From Candidatus Lambdaproteobacteria bacterium RIFOXYD2_FULL_50_16 (GTDB taxonomy: Bacteria > SAR324 > XYD2-FULL-50-16), in the NCBI GenBank assembly GCA_001783695.1, contig MFNE01000046.1:30143-94142 (forward strand): a DNA stretch of 64,000 nucleotides. The letters run 5' to 3'. Shown piece after piece: positions 10,401 through 18,970 of this stretch. Numbering within the stretch: the stretch's first letter is position 1; each line of letters opens with the position of its first letter. The notes beneath the pieces are model-generated. The model was not told the origin of the DNA. It saw only the letters and a list, made by a program, of their open reading frames with translations, and did not search any database. The position numbers and the translations under genes are program-made.

Positions 10401-10713
10401 GGACGTCATCGACCATCTGGTTGAGTTTGTCCAAGCCGGAAAGCAAGCCGTCAATGTGACCACGACCCATCACAATCTGGCCGTTACGCGCACGGCTCAT
10501 CAGGTTTTCCATCACATGGGCCATGCCCGAGAGGGATTCCAAACCAAAAAAGCCTGCTCCACCCTTGATAGAGTGGACGCTGCGAAACAATCGGTTGATC
10601 GTGTCCATATCCGAGGGTTCGGACTCTAGGATCAAGAGATCCGGCTCGATGGTGGACATATGCTCTTTTGCTTCTTCAAGGAAGCCCAATAACATATCGT
10701 CGTCGTTCATCAT
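7474..10713 (-). CDS. cheA: Hybrid histidine kinase CheA: HPt, Ala/Pro/Glu-rich linkers, dimerization, HATPase, two CheW-like domains, C-terminal REC
   Basis: 1079 aa. P1 carries HSIKGGAGFFGL. The kinase core carries IRNTADHGIE...DDGGGID and GRGVGMDVV. The C-terminal ILVIEDTPLF...VLCDIEMPVMDGFD...ALTS is a receiver. Its start overlaps the STAS stop by 4 nt. Confidence 0.9.
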   Translation of the reverse strand: MMNDDDMLLGFLEEAKEHMSTIEPDLLILESEPSDMDTINRLFRSVHSIKGGAGFFGLESLSGMAHVMENLMSRARNGQIVMGRGHIDGLLSGLDKLNQMVDDVQNSNKVDCTQEKQLIESLLEVSGNQAAPEPPKPATSKAAAPAKPPAPKPEAVAAAEPAEPAAESVKKTEFLIPKNEIELAQQNGMNLYVVSVFLNQDIMSKGKTPYQFICDLEELGRFVDSYLDVDDAEALGEGEADEDLRFIFVFASIMEPAIAAEGLAITESQIRYLKPEEIADGKLAINLPAGPAKPATKPAAAKPTPKAAPVAAPEPEPDPEPDEEQEEAASASLPTLKAGPPAVASAKGMDNKKLKGDESIRVGVAKLNKLVDLAGELVLVRNQLLQTGEKEAKRTPGLMTILQSLNMVTTELQEEILNTRMQAVQTVFGKFPRLVRELGRSLGKDINLVTEGDEVELDKTVLEALSDPLTHMIRNTADHGIELPAVRKKAGKPPQGKLLLKAYHESGQVIIEIKDDGGGIDPDKIAAAVHKKGLMTEEELAALSEREKANLIFLPGFSTATTVSSVSGRGVGMDVVRSNIEQIGGSVRLDSVVGQGTTIKLTLPLTMAIVSCLIVQSEGQRFAIPQVNLEELVMLKPEDYQEMLGYVQDREVLKLRGDLLPLISLAEGLGIEESVGHKAYRAYLRKLNNRKVVRQGRSHLETEEDQSIYYNTSVEGAETKRKEAVRVLIISVGINKVGVVVDAIVGSEEIVVKPMPEYLKHLSFFSGATILGDGTVAMIIDTLGFVQKNQLSLTEGKSRNKSLELVKKSVEEAQSLLIFDNGTDEQFAITIPLIQRVDEIDLKRIQVVGGKDYLEYRGEQMRILHLSDYLTVQKPANRGEKANIIIPKETHMPVGIMINQVVDTKTMLIDIAEGAIHGPGILGSTLIDGKITLILDLYSILEQGEPDALHRVHFREDQTKTSKILVIEDTPLFQTIVREYLTSVGFVVDVEENGKVGLEAIERGDYDVVLCDIEMPVMDGFDVIRALRADPKYNDLPVIALTSLDDEKLIAEGKKAGFNEWMIKLDKEKMLQTVNRFIQ

Positions 10714-11021
10714 AGGGCCTCCACCGTAAACTGCTCGTCTAATCTAAAGAGTTGTAAAACTTTTATTATCGATGAATTACAGCCGATTACCTTAAACCCT
10801 TTGGAGGTCGCCTTGGTTTTTTTAAAAAGCCCCACAATTAGGTTAATGCCTATAGAATCCAGGGTCTCTACCTGGTGGCAATCGAAAATTAGTTCTTTCC
10901 AGTCTGAATCTGCATCTAATTTTTCGATTAAGCTTTCGCGCATAGTTGGCACGTTCGAAGCGATAATCTCTTGCTCGGGAATGCAGATTAGGCGTTCTTG
11001 ATCGGATTGAAAACGAATCAT
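10710..11021 (-). CDS. STAS-domain anti-sigma-factor antagonist (SpoIIAA/RsbV-like)
   Basis: 103 aa. Carries LDSIG, a putative phospho-Ser motif, and has SpoIIAA-like length and layout. First gene of the operon. Its stop forms ATGA-type coupling with the cheA start. Confidence 0.75.
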   Translation of the reverse strand: MIRFQSDQERLICIPEQEIIASNVPTMRESLIEKLDADSDWKELIFDCHQVETLDSIGINLIVGLFKKTKATSKGFKVIGCNSSIIKVLQLFRLDEQFTVEAL

Positions 11022-11224
11022 CTTAACCTATTAAGAGGTAGTTTGGTGAAAGCAACGGCGAGGGCTTTTTTTACTCCCTCCAAAGCAATCGCATAATTTT
11101 TATCGGATTGGGGCCAATAGGTACAGTAAAAAAGCCTTGTCGATGATCTGGAACGCTAGCTAGTTTATGTTGGTCGTGCAGACTAAGCCTAGTTAAAAGA
11201 TTACAAAACCTTTGCGGACCTCTA

Positions 11225-12217
11225 ATGCCCTTCTCTGCCTCGATTGCCAGCCCCCCCATTGCCGTAACTTTAGGCGACGCTGCCGGAATTGGACCTGAAA
11301 CTATTCTCAAAGCTTTGCCGGGGGTGCCGGGGGTGGTGGTGATCGGAGGGGGGCAGGTGCTGTCGGACTTGGCTTACCAACTGGGTCTCAAGGTTGATCT
11401 ACGCTACCTAAACGAACCCGAAGACCTGCCTCAAACCAACGATTCAGCCATTTATGTACTCGATCGGTTTGAGTTGGATAAAAAGAATTTTGTAATGGGG
11501 CAGCCCCACCAAGGGGCGGGAGAGTTGGCCTTTTGTTGTATAGTTGAAGCGGTTAAATTGGCCCAAGCAGGGCGAGTAAAGGCGTTGGTGACCGCGCCGA
11601 TCTGCAAGGAATCGCTTCATTTAGCTGGTCATCCCTTCGATGGACACACTGGGCTTTTGGCCGAATTAACAGGCACCAAAGACTACCGGATGACCTTCTC
11701 GACCAAGGAATTGCGGATTATTCACGTTACCGCCCATATGGCTTTGGCCGAGGCTTGTAAGAAGATAACCCAAGAACGGGTTTTTTCAACCATCCAGATT
11801 GGGCGCAATCATTTAATCGCATTAGGAATCGAAAACCCTCGAATCGCTGTTTGCGGCCTTAACCCTCACGCAGGCGAGGCGGGCATTTTTGGTCGGGAAG
11901 AAATCGAAATAATCAATCCCGCCCTCGCTCAAGCTCAAGCCTTAGGCTGGGATTGCAAAGGGCCCATTCCGGGGGATGTAGTTTTTATTCAGGGATTTAA
12001 AGGTCAGTACGACCTAATTGTGGCTATGTACCATGATCAAGGACATATCCCAGGCAAGCTGGTAGCCTTTGACCGGGGGGTTAACGTCACCGTGGGGCTG
12101 CCCTTTGTGCGTTGCAGCCCAGATCACGGGACTGCTTTTGACATTGCCGGTAAAGGGCTTGCCAAGGAAGGCAACCTCCTGGAAGCTTTGGCCTACGCCC
12201 GACTACTACTTAGATAA
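11225..12217 (+). CDS. pdxA: 4-hydroxythreonine-4-phosphate dehydrogenase PdxA
   Basis: 330 aa. GDAAGIGPE, HTGLLAEL and GLNPHAGE motifs. Confidence 0.85.
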   Translation: MPFSASIASPPIAVTLGDAAGIGPETILKALPGVPGVVVIGGGQVLSDLAYQLGLKVDLRYLNEPEDLPQTNDSAIYVLDRFELDKKNFVMGQPHQGAGELAFCCIVEAVKLAQAGRVKALVTAPICKESLHLAGHPFDGHTGLLAELTGTKDYRMTFSTKELRIIHVTAHMALAEACKKITQERVFSTIQIGRNHLIALGIENPRIAVCGLNPHAGEAGIFGREEIEIINPALAQAQALGWDCKGPIPGDVVFIQGFKGQYDLIVAMYHDQGHIPGKLVAFDRGVNVTVGLPFVRCSPDHGTAFDIAGKGLAKEGNLLEALAYARLLLR

Positions 12218-12266
12218 AAACCTTTTAGGTATTTGGGGCAATCATGCCCAACTTCAAAATAACCCA

Positions 12267-13133
12267 ATGGAAGCTTGGACACCGCCAAAATTGGTCGCTT
12301 GGATCAGGGGGGAATTAGAGCGTCGGAAGATGTCAACCAACCCCCGCCTAGAGGCGGAATGGTTGGTAGCCAAGGGGTTGGGGATTGATCGCTTGAATAT
12401 CTATCTGAATCACGATCAAATCTTAAGTGAAGAAGAACGCGCCCAGGTCCGCGAACTGGTGCGCCGCCGCCTAGAGCGGGAGCCTTTGCCTTATATCTTA
12501 GGCAAGGCCCATTTTTGGACCTTGGAATTGAATATAGTCCCTGGGGTGCTCTGCCCGCGTCCTGACAGTGAAACCTTGGTCGAGGCCTTGCTAGAACATT
12601 TGCCCAAGGAAGGCCCCCTTAAAATGGCCGAGTTGGGCACTGGCACTGGCGCTTTGGCAATAGCCCTGGCTTTAGAACGCCCTTTAAGCAATATTTGGGC
12701 TGCCGAGATTAGCCCAATTGCATTTGCCTGTGCAAAAAGCAATGTTGACACCTACCTTGAGGAATTGGAAAAACAAGGCAGTCAGGTCAGAGTCTGTTTG
12801 ACCGATGGCTTGGATCAGGCCGAGGGGCCGTTGGACGTAATTTTTTCGAACCCACCCTATATCGCGCCCGAAGTGATTCAAACCCTCGAACCTGAGGTCC
12901 GGCTTTTTGAACCCATGGAAGCCTTAGACGGAGGGGCGCAGGGGCTGGAGTTTTACCCCCGCCTGTTTGCTTGGGGGGAGCGGTTTTTAAATCGGGGCGG
13001 GTTATTAGCCTTTGAATTGGGATATGATCAAAAATCGGCCATTTTGGACTTAAAACCCCAAGTCTTTGAGACCTTGGCTGCTCATAAAGATTTAGCCGGA
13101 CATGACCGGGTATTGGTTTTCAAGCGAGTATAA
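12267..13133 (+). CDS. prmC: Release-factor glutamine N5-methyltransferase PrmC/HemK
   Basis: NPPY motif (FSNPPYIAPEV) and GTGTGALAIALA SAM-binding motif. I place the start at the ATG at 12267 (MEAWTPPK). The ORF-track start at 12069 overlaps the pdxA 3' end. Confidence 0.8.
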   Translation: MEAWTPPKLVAWIRGELERRKMSTNPRLEAEWLVAKGLGIDRLNIYLNHDQILSEEERAQVRELVRRRLEREPLPYILGKAHFWTLELNIVPGVLCPRPDSETLVEALLEHLPKEGPLKMAELGTGTGALAIALALERPLSNIWAAEISPIAFACAKSNVDTYLEELEKQGSQVRVCLTDGLDQAEGPLDVIFSNPPYIAPEVIQTLEPEVRLFEPMEALDGGAQGLEFYPRLFAWGERFLNRGGLLAFELGYDQKSAILDLKPQVFETLAAHKDLAGHDRVLVFKRV

Positions 13134-13135
13134 CT

Positions 13136-14029
13136 ATGACCAATTTTTCTCCCCATTACCAAAGTCTATTGACCCGGTTTGAGACCTACTTAGAACGGGC
13201 CTTTCCCCATCTGGCTCCAGAAGTAGCAATTTTAGAGGAATCGGTGCGTTATTCGCTGCTCGCTGGCGGCAAACGACTGAGGCCGATTTTGCTACTTTGT
13301 GTGGTTGAGGCGGGCCAGGGCGAGATTGACAACGCCCTTCCCTTTGCGGCGGCGGTGGAGTTTATCCATTGTTATTCCCTAATCCACGACGACCTCCCCT
13401 GTATGGACGACGACGACCTCCGCCGGGGTAAGCCCACTAACCACATCAAATTTGGTGAAGATATTGCCCTCTTGGCGGGCGACGCTCTTTTAAGCGAAGC
13501 CTTCCACCTGATTTCAGCCCCTGAACGACTCAAGGATTATCCAGCAGAGCGGCTTTTAGCGGCAATCCATTGTTTAGCCAAAAAGGCGGGCAATTTTGGG
13601 ATGGTTGCCGGACAGGTGGCTGATATTGGTGCCGCCCAAAGTCGAGGGAGTAAGGAACTACTAGAATTTATCCATCACCACAAAACCGGCCAACTGATCG
13701 TTGCTAGTTTGGAAATGGGGGCGATTTTAGCGGGGTTGAATGATCACGCAAGAGACGCAATTTGCCACTTTGGTGAGGCCTTGGGCCGCTGTTTTCAGAT
13801 CCAAGACGATATTTTAGACGAAACTGGCGACCCAACCAAGCTGGGAAAGCCCGTGGGGAGCGACCAGAAAAACCAAAAGCTGACCTACCCCAGTCTGTTT
13901 GGACTCGAAGAATCGGCCCGCTTGGCCGAAGAGGCGTACCAGGAAGCTTTGACCTATCTGGCGAAAACCGGTCTGCCTCAAGAGCCCCTTCAGGCGCTGG
14001 CAGACTTTGTATTAAAACGCCGTCACTGA
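13136..14029 (+). CDS. ispA: Polyprenyl diphosphate synthase (farnesyl/geranylgeranyl-PP synthase, IspA-type)
   Basis: 297 aa. First Asp-rich motif LIHDDLPCMDDDDLRRG and second motif FQIQDDILD. Confidence 0.85.
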   Translation: MTNFSPHYQSLLTRFETYLERAFPHLAPEVAILEESVRYSLLAGGKRLRPILLLCVVEAGQGEIDNALPFAAAVEFIHCYSLIHDDLPCMDDDDLRRGKPTNHIKFGEDIALLAGDALLSEAFHLISAPERLKDYPAERLLAAIHCLAKKAGNFGMVAGQVADIGAAQSRGSKELLEFIHHHKTGQLIVASLEMGAILAGLNDHARDAICHFGEALGRCFQIQDDILDETGDPTKLGKPVGSDQKNQKLTYPSLFGLEESARLAEEAYQEALTYLAKTGLPQEPLQALADFVLKRRH

Positions 14030-14628
14030 CCTAAGGCTTCACCTTGGCCTAGCTCCAGATCGAGTACCACCAGTTTGAGTTGGTGGTCATCGGTTTTAGC
14101 CAAAATTTCTTTGGGGATCTCCAGTCCGTTTAGTTGGAACCAATGGGGATAACTCAAATTTAACCCCTGCCCGTTTTGGAGGAACTGTTCAGTTTGGGGT
14201 TTGGTGGGGTCCTGGGAGGCCAACCGGCGGCCTAGAAAGAGGGCTTTGATTTGAGCAGGTTCGAGCCCAATCAAAGGGAACCGTGCCCCGGCTTCTTCCA
14301 GGCTTAAACGCTCTTTTTTCCCAGTGGTGCCCTCTTGGAGTAAAACCCCTTGGGGGCTTCGCTCCAAATACAGCACCAAGCCCGCCAAACTATGCGAGAG
14401 TTCGACCCGCACCCGGGTTTGATCCGCCCAAATCTGGGCATCGCCACTTTGGGACTGGTCAGGCCCCTTCCAGCCAAAACGGCAGCGGACCCATAAAGAT
14501 TGCGAGATGGTTTGGGGGTTCCAGGCCTGTAGCTCCTGGTCGGGAGACTCGGGGCGGAAATTACCGCTCCGCCCGCAAGCGGCAGCAAACACCAAACCCA
14601 AAAGCAGCCAGCGTTTAGCGGGGCCCAT
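14023..14628 (-). CDS. Putative outer-membrane lipoprotein (LolB-like)
   Basis: 201 aa. Signal peptide with a lipobox-like LVFAAAC|G. Length and a FPLIGLEPAQIKALFLG segment recall LolB. The similarity is weak. Confidence 0.4.
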   Translation of the reverse strand: MGPAKRWLLLGLVFAAACGRSGNFRPESPDQELQAWNPQTISQSLWVRCRFGWKGPDQSQSGDAQIWADQTRVRVELSHSLAGLVLYLERSPQGVLLQEGTTGKKERLSLEEAGARFPLIGLEPAQIKALFLGRRLASQDPTKPQTEQFLQNGQGLNLSYPHWFQLNGLEIPKEILAKTDDHQLKLVVLDLELGQGEALGQ

Positions 14629-16708
14629 AGATACTTTGGTAGAGGTAGTAAGATTTAAGTACCCGCTTCACGTAATTTTTGGTTTCGTTAAAGCTGATCA
14701 TTTCCACAAATAAATCCATGTCTTCGGGGCCTTCAAGCTTTAATTTCCACCGGTTTACATTACTCGCGCCCCCGTTATAAGCGGCTAAGGTATAGTAGAG
14801 ATTGCCTTCAAACCGTTTTGAAAGATCATTTAGGTAGATCGTGCCTAGTCTAAGATTGAGGTCTGGGTCGATTAGTTGGCTAGTGCTGACCCGAATCCGT
14901 TTACTACGGCCCACAAAACGAGCGGTCTTGGGCATTAATTGGAGCAGGCCTATCGCACCAGCAAACGATTTGACGTAAGGCCTAAACCGAGATTCCTCGC
15001 GCATCACCGCGTAAACCAACATCTCAGAAACACGGGCCTCTTCGGCATACCTGGTCACCTGCGATTGGAAGGCTTGGGGGTATAATAGGGGCAGAATATG
15101 GTGGTTGCCATAATAGGTGTCACCTAATAGGTGGTCTTGGTGCTGCGAAACCAACTGATGTAATAGATAAAAGCGGTCTGCCGCTGCTAATAAACCCCTT
15201 AGTTCGTCAAAATAGGTAAGGTCTTTTAGCTTGGCTTCCTCTTCGAAAACAATCGAATCCGCCAACCTTTGTTCGTCAAGATCATATAAAAGCCGTAGCA
15301 TTTCAAAATATTCAGACTCTTCTACTTGAAGCGGTCGGCGCTTAAATTGAAATTCAGGGTCAGGATGTCCAGGCAAAGATTGCCCGTTGTTATTAGCCAA
15401 GCTCCTGGCCTTTAAACCATAAAAGGTTAATGGATACCGATGGTAACAGTCTTGGAGTGACCCCTCTATATAAAGTTCAAGCTTGTATCCCCAGTAGCAA
15501 AATCGCGCACCCTCTTCGATGTCTTTAAACGAGTATCGCTCCGCCCAAGCAGCAATCTTTTTCAGATTGGCCCGATGGCCAATCTGTTGATTTACTAAAA
15601 ATAGTTTCCACTGCAAATCAGAAACTTGCTCAGTTTTAAACCCCTTCGTGTCCACCAAGGCAAGTTGCTCGAATGCCTCTTTCCAGGAACTTTGCCCAAA
15701 ATAATAACTTCCTAACTTAAAACGAGCCTGATGGACCAAATCCTGGTAACCAGCTTTATCCAGCACTTTTATTGCGGCCAAGGCTTCTATTTCTCGGCCC
15801 AAGGATAAATTGAACTTAACCGCTAAAAATGAAAGCTCACCTTCTGAAAAATCAAAGAGCAAGGCCGATGCGGGATCGCTGATTTTTTGCAAACCTTCCG
15901 AATACTTGCGAGCAGAAAAATAGCTGTCAAAATAGAGGTCGCGTAGGGTCAGGAAGGTAGGCCGGTCCCCCTCTTTGTAATAGCGCAGATAAAGAGGCAC
16001 CGCTTCGCGAAGGTAGGTGTAGTTGCGGAAACGGTATTGGGCTTGGAAGTGGCGGGCTATGGTGTCCTTATAGCGGATCATAGTCCCGCGGATGAAGTCG
16101 AACCGCTTTTTAAGGTTTAAATCCAACTTGGTGTAATCGGCAGTCTCGAACAACTTTATCAAGGCCCAATTGTTTTTTGGGTCAGTCGGTGATAACGTGC
16201 TTAAGTAAAGCTGCAAAAAGGCACTGTTACTTTGGAGGTCTTCGAAGCGCTCGAAAATGGATTCAAGCTTGGTTTTTAAGGCGTCCGAAGGGGGAATGTT
16301 CTTAAAACCCCGGCTTAAAAGCAGAGCCAACCGATTGATCAAAAATGGATTTTTAATGTCCTTTGGAAATCCAACAGCTATGTCTAAAAGAGACTGGCTG
16401 TCTTTGTTTAGGGCGTAAAATTCCATCCGTTCCCAAAGTACCACTTGGCGAAGGGGACCCTTAAATTGCTGGTTCATCTGGCGCAGCGCGTTCAGGGATT
16501 TGGTTTGATCCCCAAGTTTTTGCTGGGTTTTAAAATAGAGGTAAAGCTCGGTCGGGTTTGAATCTGCGTCTTGGGTACCTAAGCTGGCCAGGGCGGCGCT
16601 ATAGTTTTGGGCTTGATATTGCTCAACCGATTGATTGACCTCGGTCGAGCCAATCACCAAACTAGGGGCAAAGGCTAACAATATTAAAAGGGCTAAGATT
16701 CTAGGCAT
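14615..16708 (-). CDS. slt: Soluble lytic murein transglycosylase (Slt family) with an N-terminal superhelical domain
   Basis: The C-terminal SLT domain reads VMREESRFRP...AGAIGLLQLMP...AAYNGG. I place the start at the ATG at 16708 (MPRILALLILLAFAPS signal peptide). The ORF-track start at 16759 adds 17 aa. Confidence 0.8.
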   Translation of the reverse strand: MPRILALLILLAFAPSLVIGSTEVNQSVEQYQAQNYSAALASLGTQDADSNPTELYLYFKTQQKLGDQTKSLNALRQMNQQFKGPLRQVVLWERMEFYALNKDSQSLLDIAVGFPKDIKNPFLINRLALLLSRGFKNIPPSDALKTKLESIFERFEDLQSNSAFLQLYLSTLSPTDPKNNWALIKLFETADYTKLDLNLKKRFDFIRGTMIRYKDTIARHFQAQYRFRNYTYLREAVPLYLRYYKEGDRPTFLTLRDLYFDSYFSARKYSEGLQKISDPASALLFDFSEGELSFLAVKFNLSLGREIEALAAIKVLDKAGYQDLVHQARFKLGSYYFGQSSWKEAFEQLALVDTKGFKTEQVSDLQWKLFLVNQQIGHRANLKKIAAWAERYSFKDIEEGARFCYWGYKLELYIEGSLQDCYHRYPLTFYGLKARSLANNNGQSLPGHPDPEFQFKRRPLQVEESEYFEMLRLLYDLDEQRLADSIVFEEEAKLKDLTYFDELRGLLAAADRFYLLHQLVSQHQDHLLGDTYYGNHHILPLLYPQAFQSQVTRYAEEARVSEMLVYAVMREESRFRPYVKSFAGAIGLLQLMPKTARFVGRSKRIRVSTSQLIDPDLNLRLGTIYLNDLSKRFEGNLYYTLAAYNGGASNVNRWKLKLEGPEDMDLFVEMISFNETKNYVKRVLKSYYLYQSIYGPR

Positions 16709-16739
16709 GTATTCCAAACGAATCAAACATTCGGTAGCG

Positions 16740-17312
16740 ATGTTGGAGCAGGCAGCCAAAAAGGCTGTACTGGCATTGGAGACCGGAGAAGGTCTGTATT
16801 ATAACCAGTCCAACCCCCAGAGCCCCTTTGTCAAGCGAGGTCAACCCCCTATTTCTAAACAAGCTAATTTGGGGCCAAACTCCTTGGGTTCGGACCAAAC
16901 CGGGTATAATCTTTGGCCCAATAACCGCCAAGCCTCTTTCGCTAAGCGTGGTCTGGCCGCACCCACTAAGGCCAAACCAGGAATTGAGCCGCAAATAAAA
17001 ACCCCTCAAAAGCTCTTGGGTAACCCCTCGGTCTTGGAAGCCTACCTCAAACGGGTGATTTATGAAAGCCTAAGCATGATGGTCGCCAAACCGCCCAATC
17101 CGCAAGGGGTTAGGGAGTTGGTGAGAGAAATGGAACAAATTTGCCGAGACGAAGGTGTTGATATTCCACATATTCGTGCCTTTAACGGGCTGGACCGACT
17201 AGAACAATTTCAACAACTTTTGGTTGGCCTTTTTGAGGGGGACTCACCCTACCGTTTTGAACTTACCGCCGCCGCCTTCAAGGAAATGCTGAGACTCTTA
17301 GAGACAAAATAA
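16740..17312 (+). CDS. Hypothetical protein
   Basis: The plus-strand ORF 16635-17312 has protein-like composition. Its upstream part overlaps the slt start, so I chose the ATG at 16740 (MLEQAAKK). No recognizable domain. Confidence 0.35.
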   Translation: MLEQAAKKAVLALETGEGLYYNQSNPQSPFVKRGQPPISKQANLGPNSLGSDQTGYNLWPNNRQASFAKRGLAAPTKAKPGIEPQIKTPQKLLGNPSVLEAYLKRVIYESLSMMVAKPPNPQGVRELVREMEQICRDEGVDIPHIRAFNGLDRLEQFQQLLVGLFEGDSPYRFELTAAAFKEMLRLLETK

Positions 17313-17322
17313 AATCGAAGCC

Positions 17323-17355
17323 AAAAAAAAAGCCCGCCAAGTTGCCTTGACGGGC
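17323..17355. terminator. Bidirectional rho-independent terminator between convergent genes (hypothetical, plus strand; rplQ operon, minus strand)
   Basis: aaaaaaaaa followed by gcccgccaag-ttgc-cttgacgggc, a 10-bp stem with one mismatch. On the minus strand this is a hairpin followed by a T9 run, lying 22 nt 3' of the rplQ stop. Confidence 0.5.
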
Positions 17356-17377
17356 CTGATCTTTAGACCCAGAGGGT

Positions 17378-17929
17378 TTAAGCCTCTTCGCCTTTTGCTT
17401 TAGCCGCTTCTTCAGTCACTTCAACCGCTTCCTCAACCTTGGCCTTCTTGGTGCTGGCCTTGGCAGGGGCTTCCTGCTGGGTTTCCTTTAAAGCTTCGGT
17501 TACCTCTTCGCGGACTTCCGACTTAGGAGCCTTGGCCGAAACTTCTTCGGCTTTGTCAAATCCGATCAATTGGATCAGCGCCATTTGGGTATTGTCTCCC
17601 AAGCGGTTGCCCAATTTGTAGATCCGAGTATATCCACCTTGCCGCTGAGCAAAGGCTGGGCCCCACTCTTCAAACAAGCGCCGATATGACTCTTTGTTGT
17701 TAAGAAACGACATTACTTGCCTTTTAGCATGCAAATCGCCCCCTTCGGTGGCTTCACTTCTCTTGGCCAAACCGATCATCTTATCAGCTAATTTACGCAT
17801 TTCTTTGGCCCGGGTCACGGTCGTTTTAATCTGACCGTGTTCCAATAGGCTAGTAACTAGATTGCGCATCATCGCTTTACGATGGCTGGAGGTTACCCCC
17901 AGTCGCTTTCCTGCCTTTAGGTGTCTCAT
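17378..17929 (-). CDS. rplQ: 50S ribosomal protein L17 with a ~55-aa Ala/Lys/Glu-rich C-terminal extension
   Basis: MRHLKAGKRLG...HRKAMMRNLVTSLLEHGQIKTT is canonical L17. The tail is EEVSAKAPKSEVREEVTEALK...AAKAKGEEA. Confidence 0.9.
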   Translation of the reverse strand: MRHLKAGKRLGVTSSHRKAMMRNLVTSLLEHGQIKTTVTRAKEMRKLADKMIGLAKRSEATEGGDLHAKRQVMSFLNNKESYRRLFEEWGPAFAQRQGGYTRIYKLGNRLGDNTQMALIQLIGFDKAEEVSAKAPKSEVREEVTEALKETQQEAPAKASTKKAKVEEAVEVTEEAAKAKGEEA

Positions 17930-17942
17930 ATCGCGTTAGTGT

Positions 17943-18965
17943 CTATGCTTCGACCTTGGGTTTTTCGTAATTGTCCAACTTCATGCCCAGGGTCAAGCCC
18001 ATTGAAGCCAGGACCGTTTTGATCTCTTGCAAGGACTTGCGGCCAAAGTTTTTGGTTTTTAACATTTCGGCTTCAGTCTTTTGGACCAAGTCGCCGATGG
18101 TTTCGATCTTTGCGTTTTGTAGGCAATTGATCGAGCGAACCGACAGCTCCAACTCATTTACCGAGCGATAGAGATGCGGATTTTCGTATGATTTTTCCTC
18201 TTCGGCAACCACTTCTACAATCGGTTGGATCGAGTCTTCATCGAAGTTGATAAAGGGGTTTAAATATTCCTTTAAAATCTTCGCGCCGTAAGCCACGGCA
18301 TCGTCAGGGGCTACCCCGCCGTTGGTCCAAAGCTCAAAAATCAATTTGTCATAGTCCGTCTTTTGGCCTACACGAGTGTTGGTCACTTCGTAGTTAACCC
18401 GAGAGATAGGACTGTGGTTAGAATCCAAGAAGATGGTACCAATTGGCAAATCACCATCATGGTTTTCTTCAGCCGAAATAAACCCCCGGTTCAGCTTAGA
18501 ATAGAGGGTCATCTCTAAGGTCGCCCCTTTGTCCAAATGACAAATCACTTGGTCAGGGTTCATGATCTCAGCTTTAGAAAAGGTGGAAATGTCCCCAGCG
18601 GTAACAATAGCCGGACCTTCAGCGATTAATTCCATGGCCAAGTTGTCTTCCGTGAATTGCTTCAACTGGAGTTGCTTGACGTTAAGAACAATCTGCAAAA
18701 CATCTTCCCGAATGCCCTTGATGGTTTCAAATTCGTGGCTGACACCCTCGATCTTGATACCAAAAACAGCCGAGCCCCGAAGCGAAGAAAGCAAACAGCG
18801 GCGAAGGGCATGGCCGATAGTCAGGCCAAACCCTTTGTGCATCGGCTCTAGGGTGTACTTCCCGTAATAAACGTCCTGTTCCGAACGGGTGACTTGAATC
18901 GTTTCGGGGATCTCCAACCCTTCCCAGTTTTTTTGAAACTGTACTTCCGACCTGTTTTCTTCCAC
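17943..18965 (-). CDS. rpoA: DNA-directed RNA polymerase alpha subunit
   Basis: 340 aa. [17 protein letters not shown]-terminal domain plus the alpha-CTD. Confidence 0.95.
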   Translation of the reverse strand: MEENRSEVQFQKNWEGLEIPETIQVTRSEQDVYYGKYTLEPMHKGFGLTIGHALRRCLLSSLRGSAVFGIKIEGVSHEFETIKGIREDVLQIVLNVKQLQLKQFTEDNLAMELIAEGPAIVTAGDISTFSKAEIMNPDQVICHLDKGATLEMTLYSKLNRGFISAEENHDGDLPIGTIFLDSNHSPISRVNYEVTNTRVGQKTDYDKLIFELWTNGGVAPDDAVAYGAKILKEYLNPFINFDEDSIQPIVEVVAEEEKSYENPHLYRSVNELELSVRSINCLQNAKIETIGDLVQKTEAEMLKTKNFGRKSLQEIKTVLASMGLTLGMKLDNYEKPKVEA

Positions 18966-18970
18966 CGAAA

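Noticed and set aside
12069-12266. Upstream extension of the prmC ORF (track start at 12069)
   Set aside because: The extension overlaps the last ~150 nt of pdxA in another frame. The prmC homology begins near MEAWTPP at 12267.
16635-16739. Upstream extension of hypothetical gene 16740-17312, including an ATG at 16707 overlapping the slt start codon on the opposite strand
   Set aside because: Divergent genes sharing overlapping start codons is implausible. A downstream ATG at 16740 was chosen, with low confidence.
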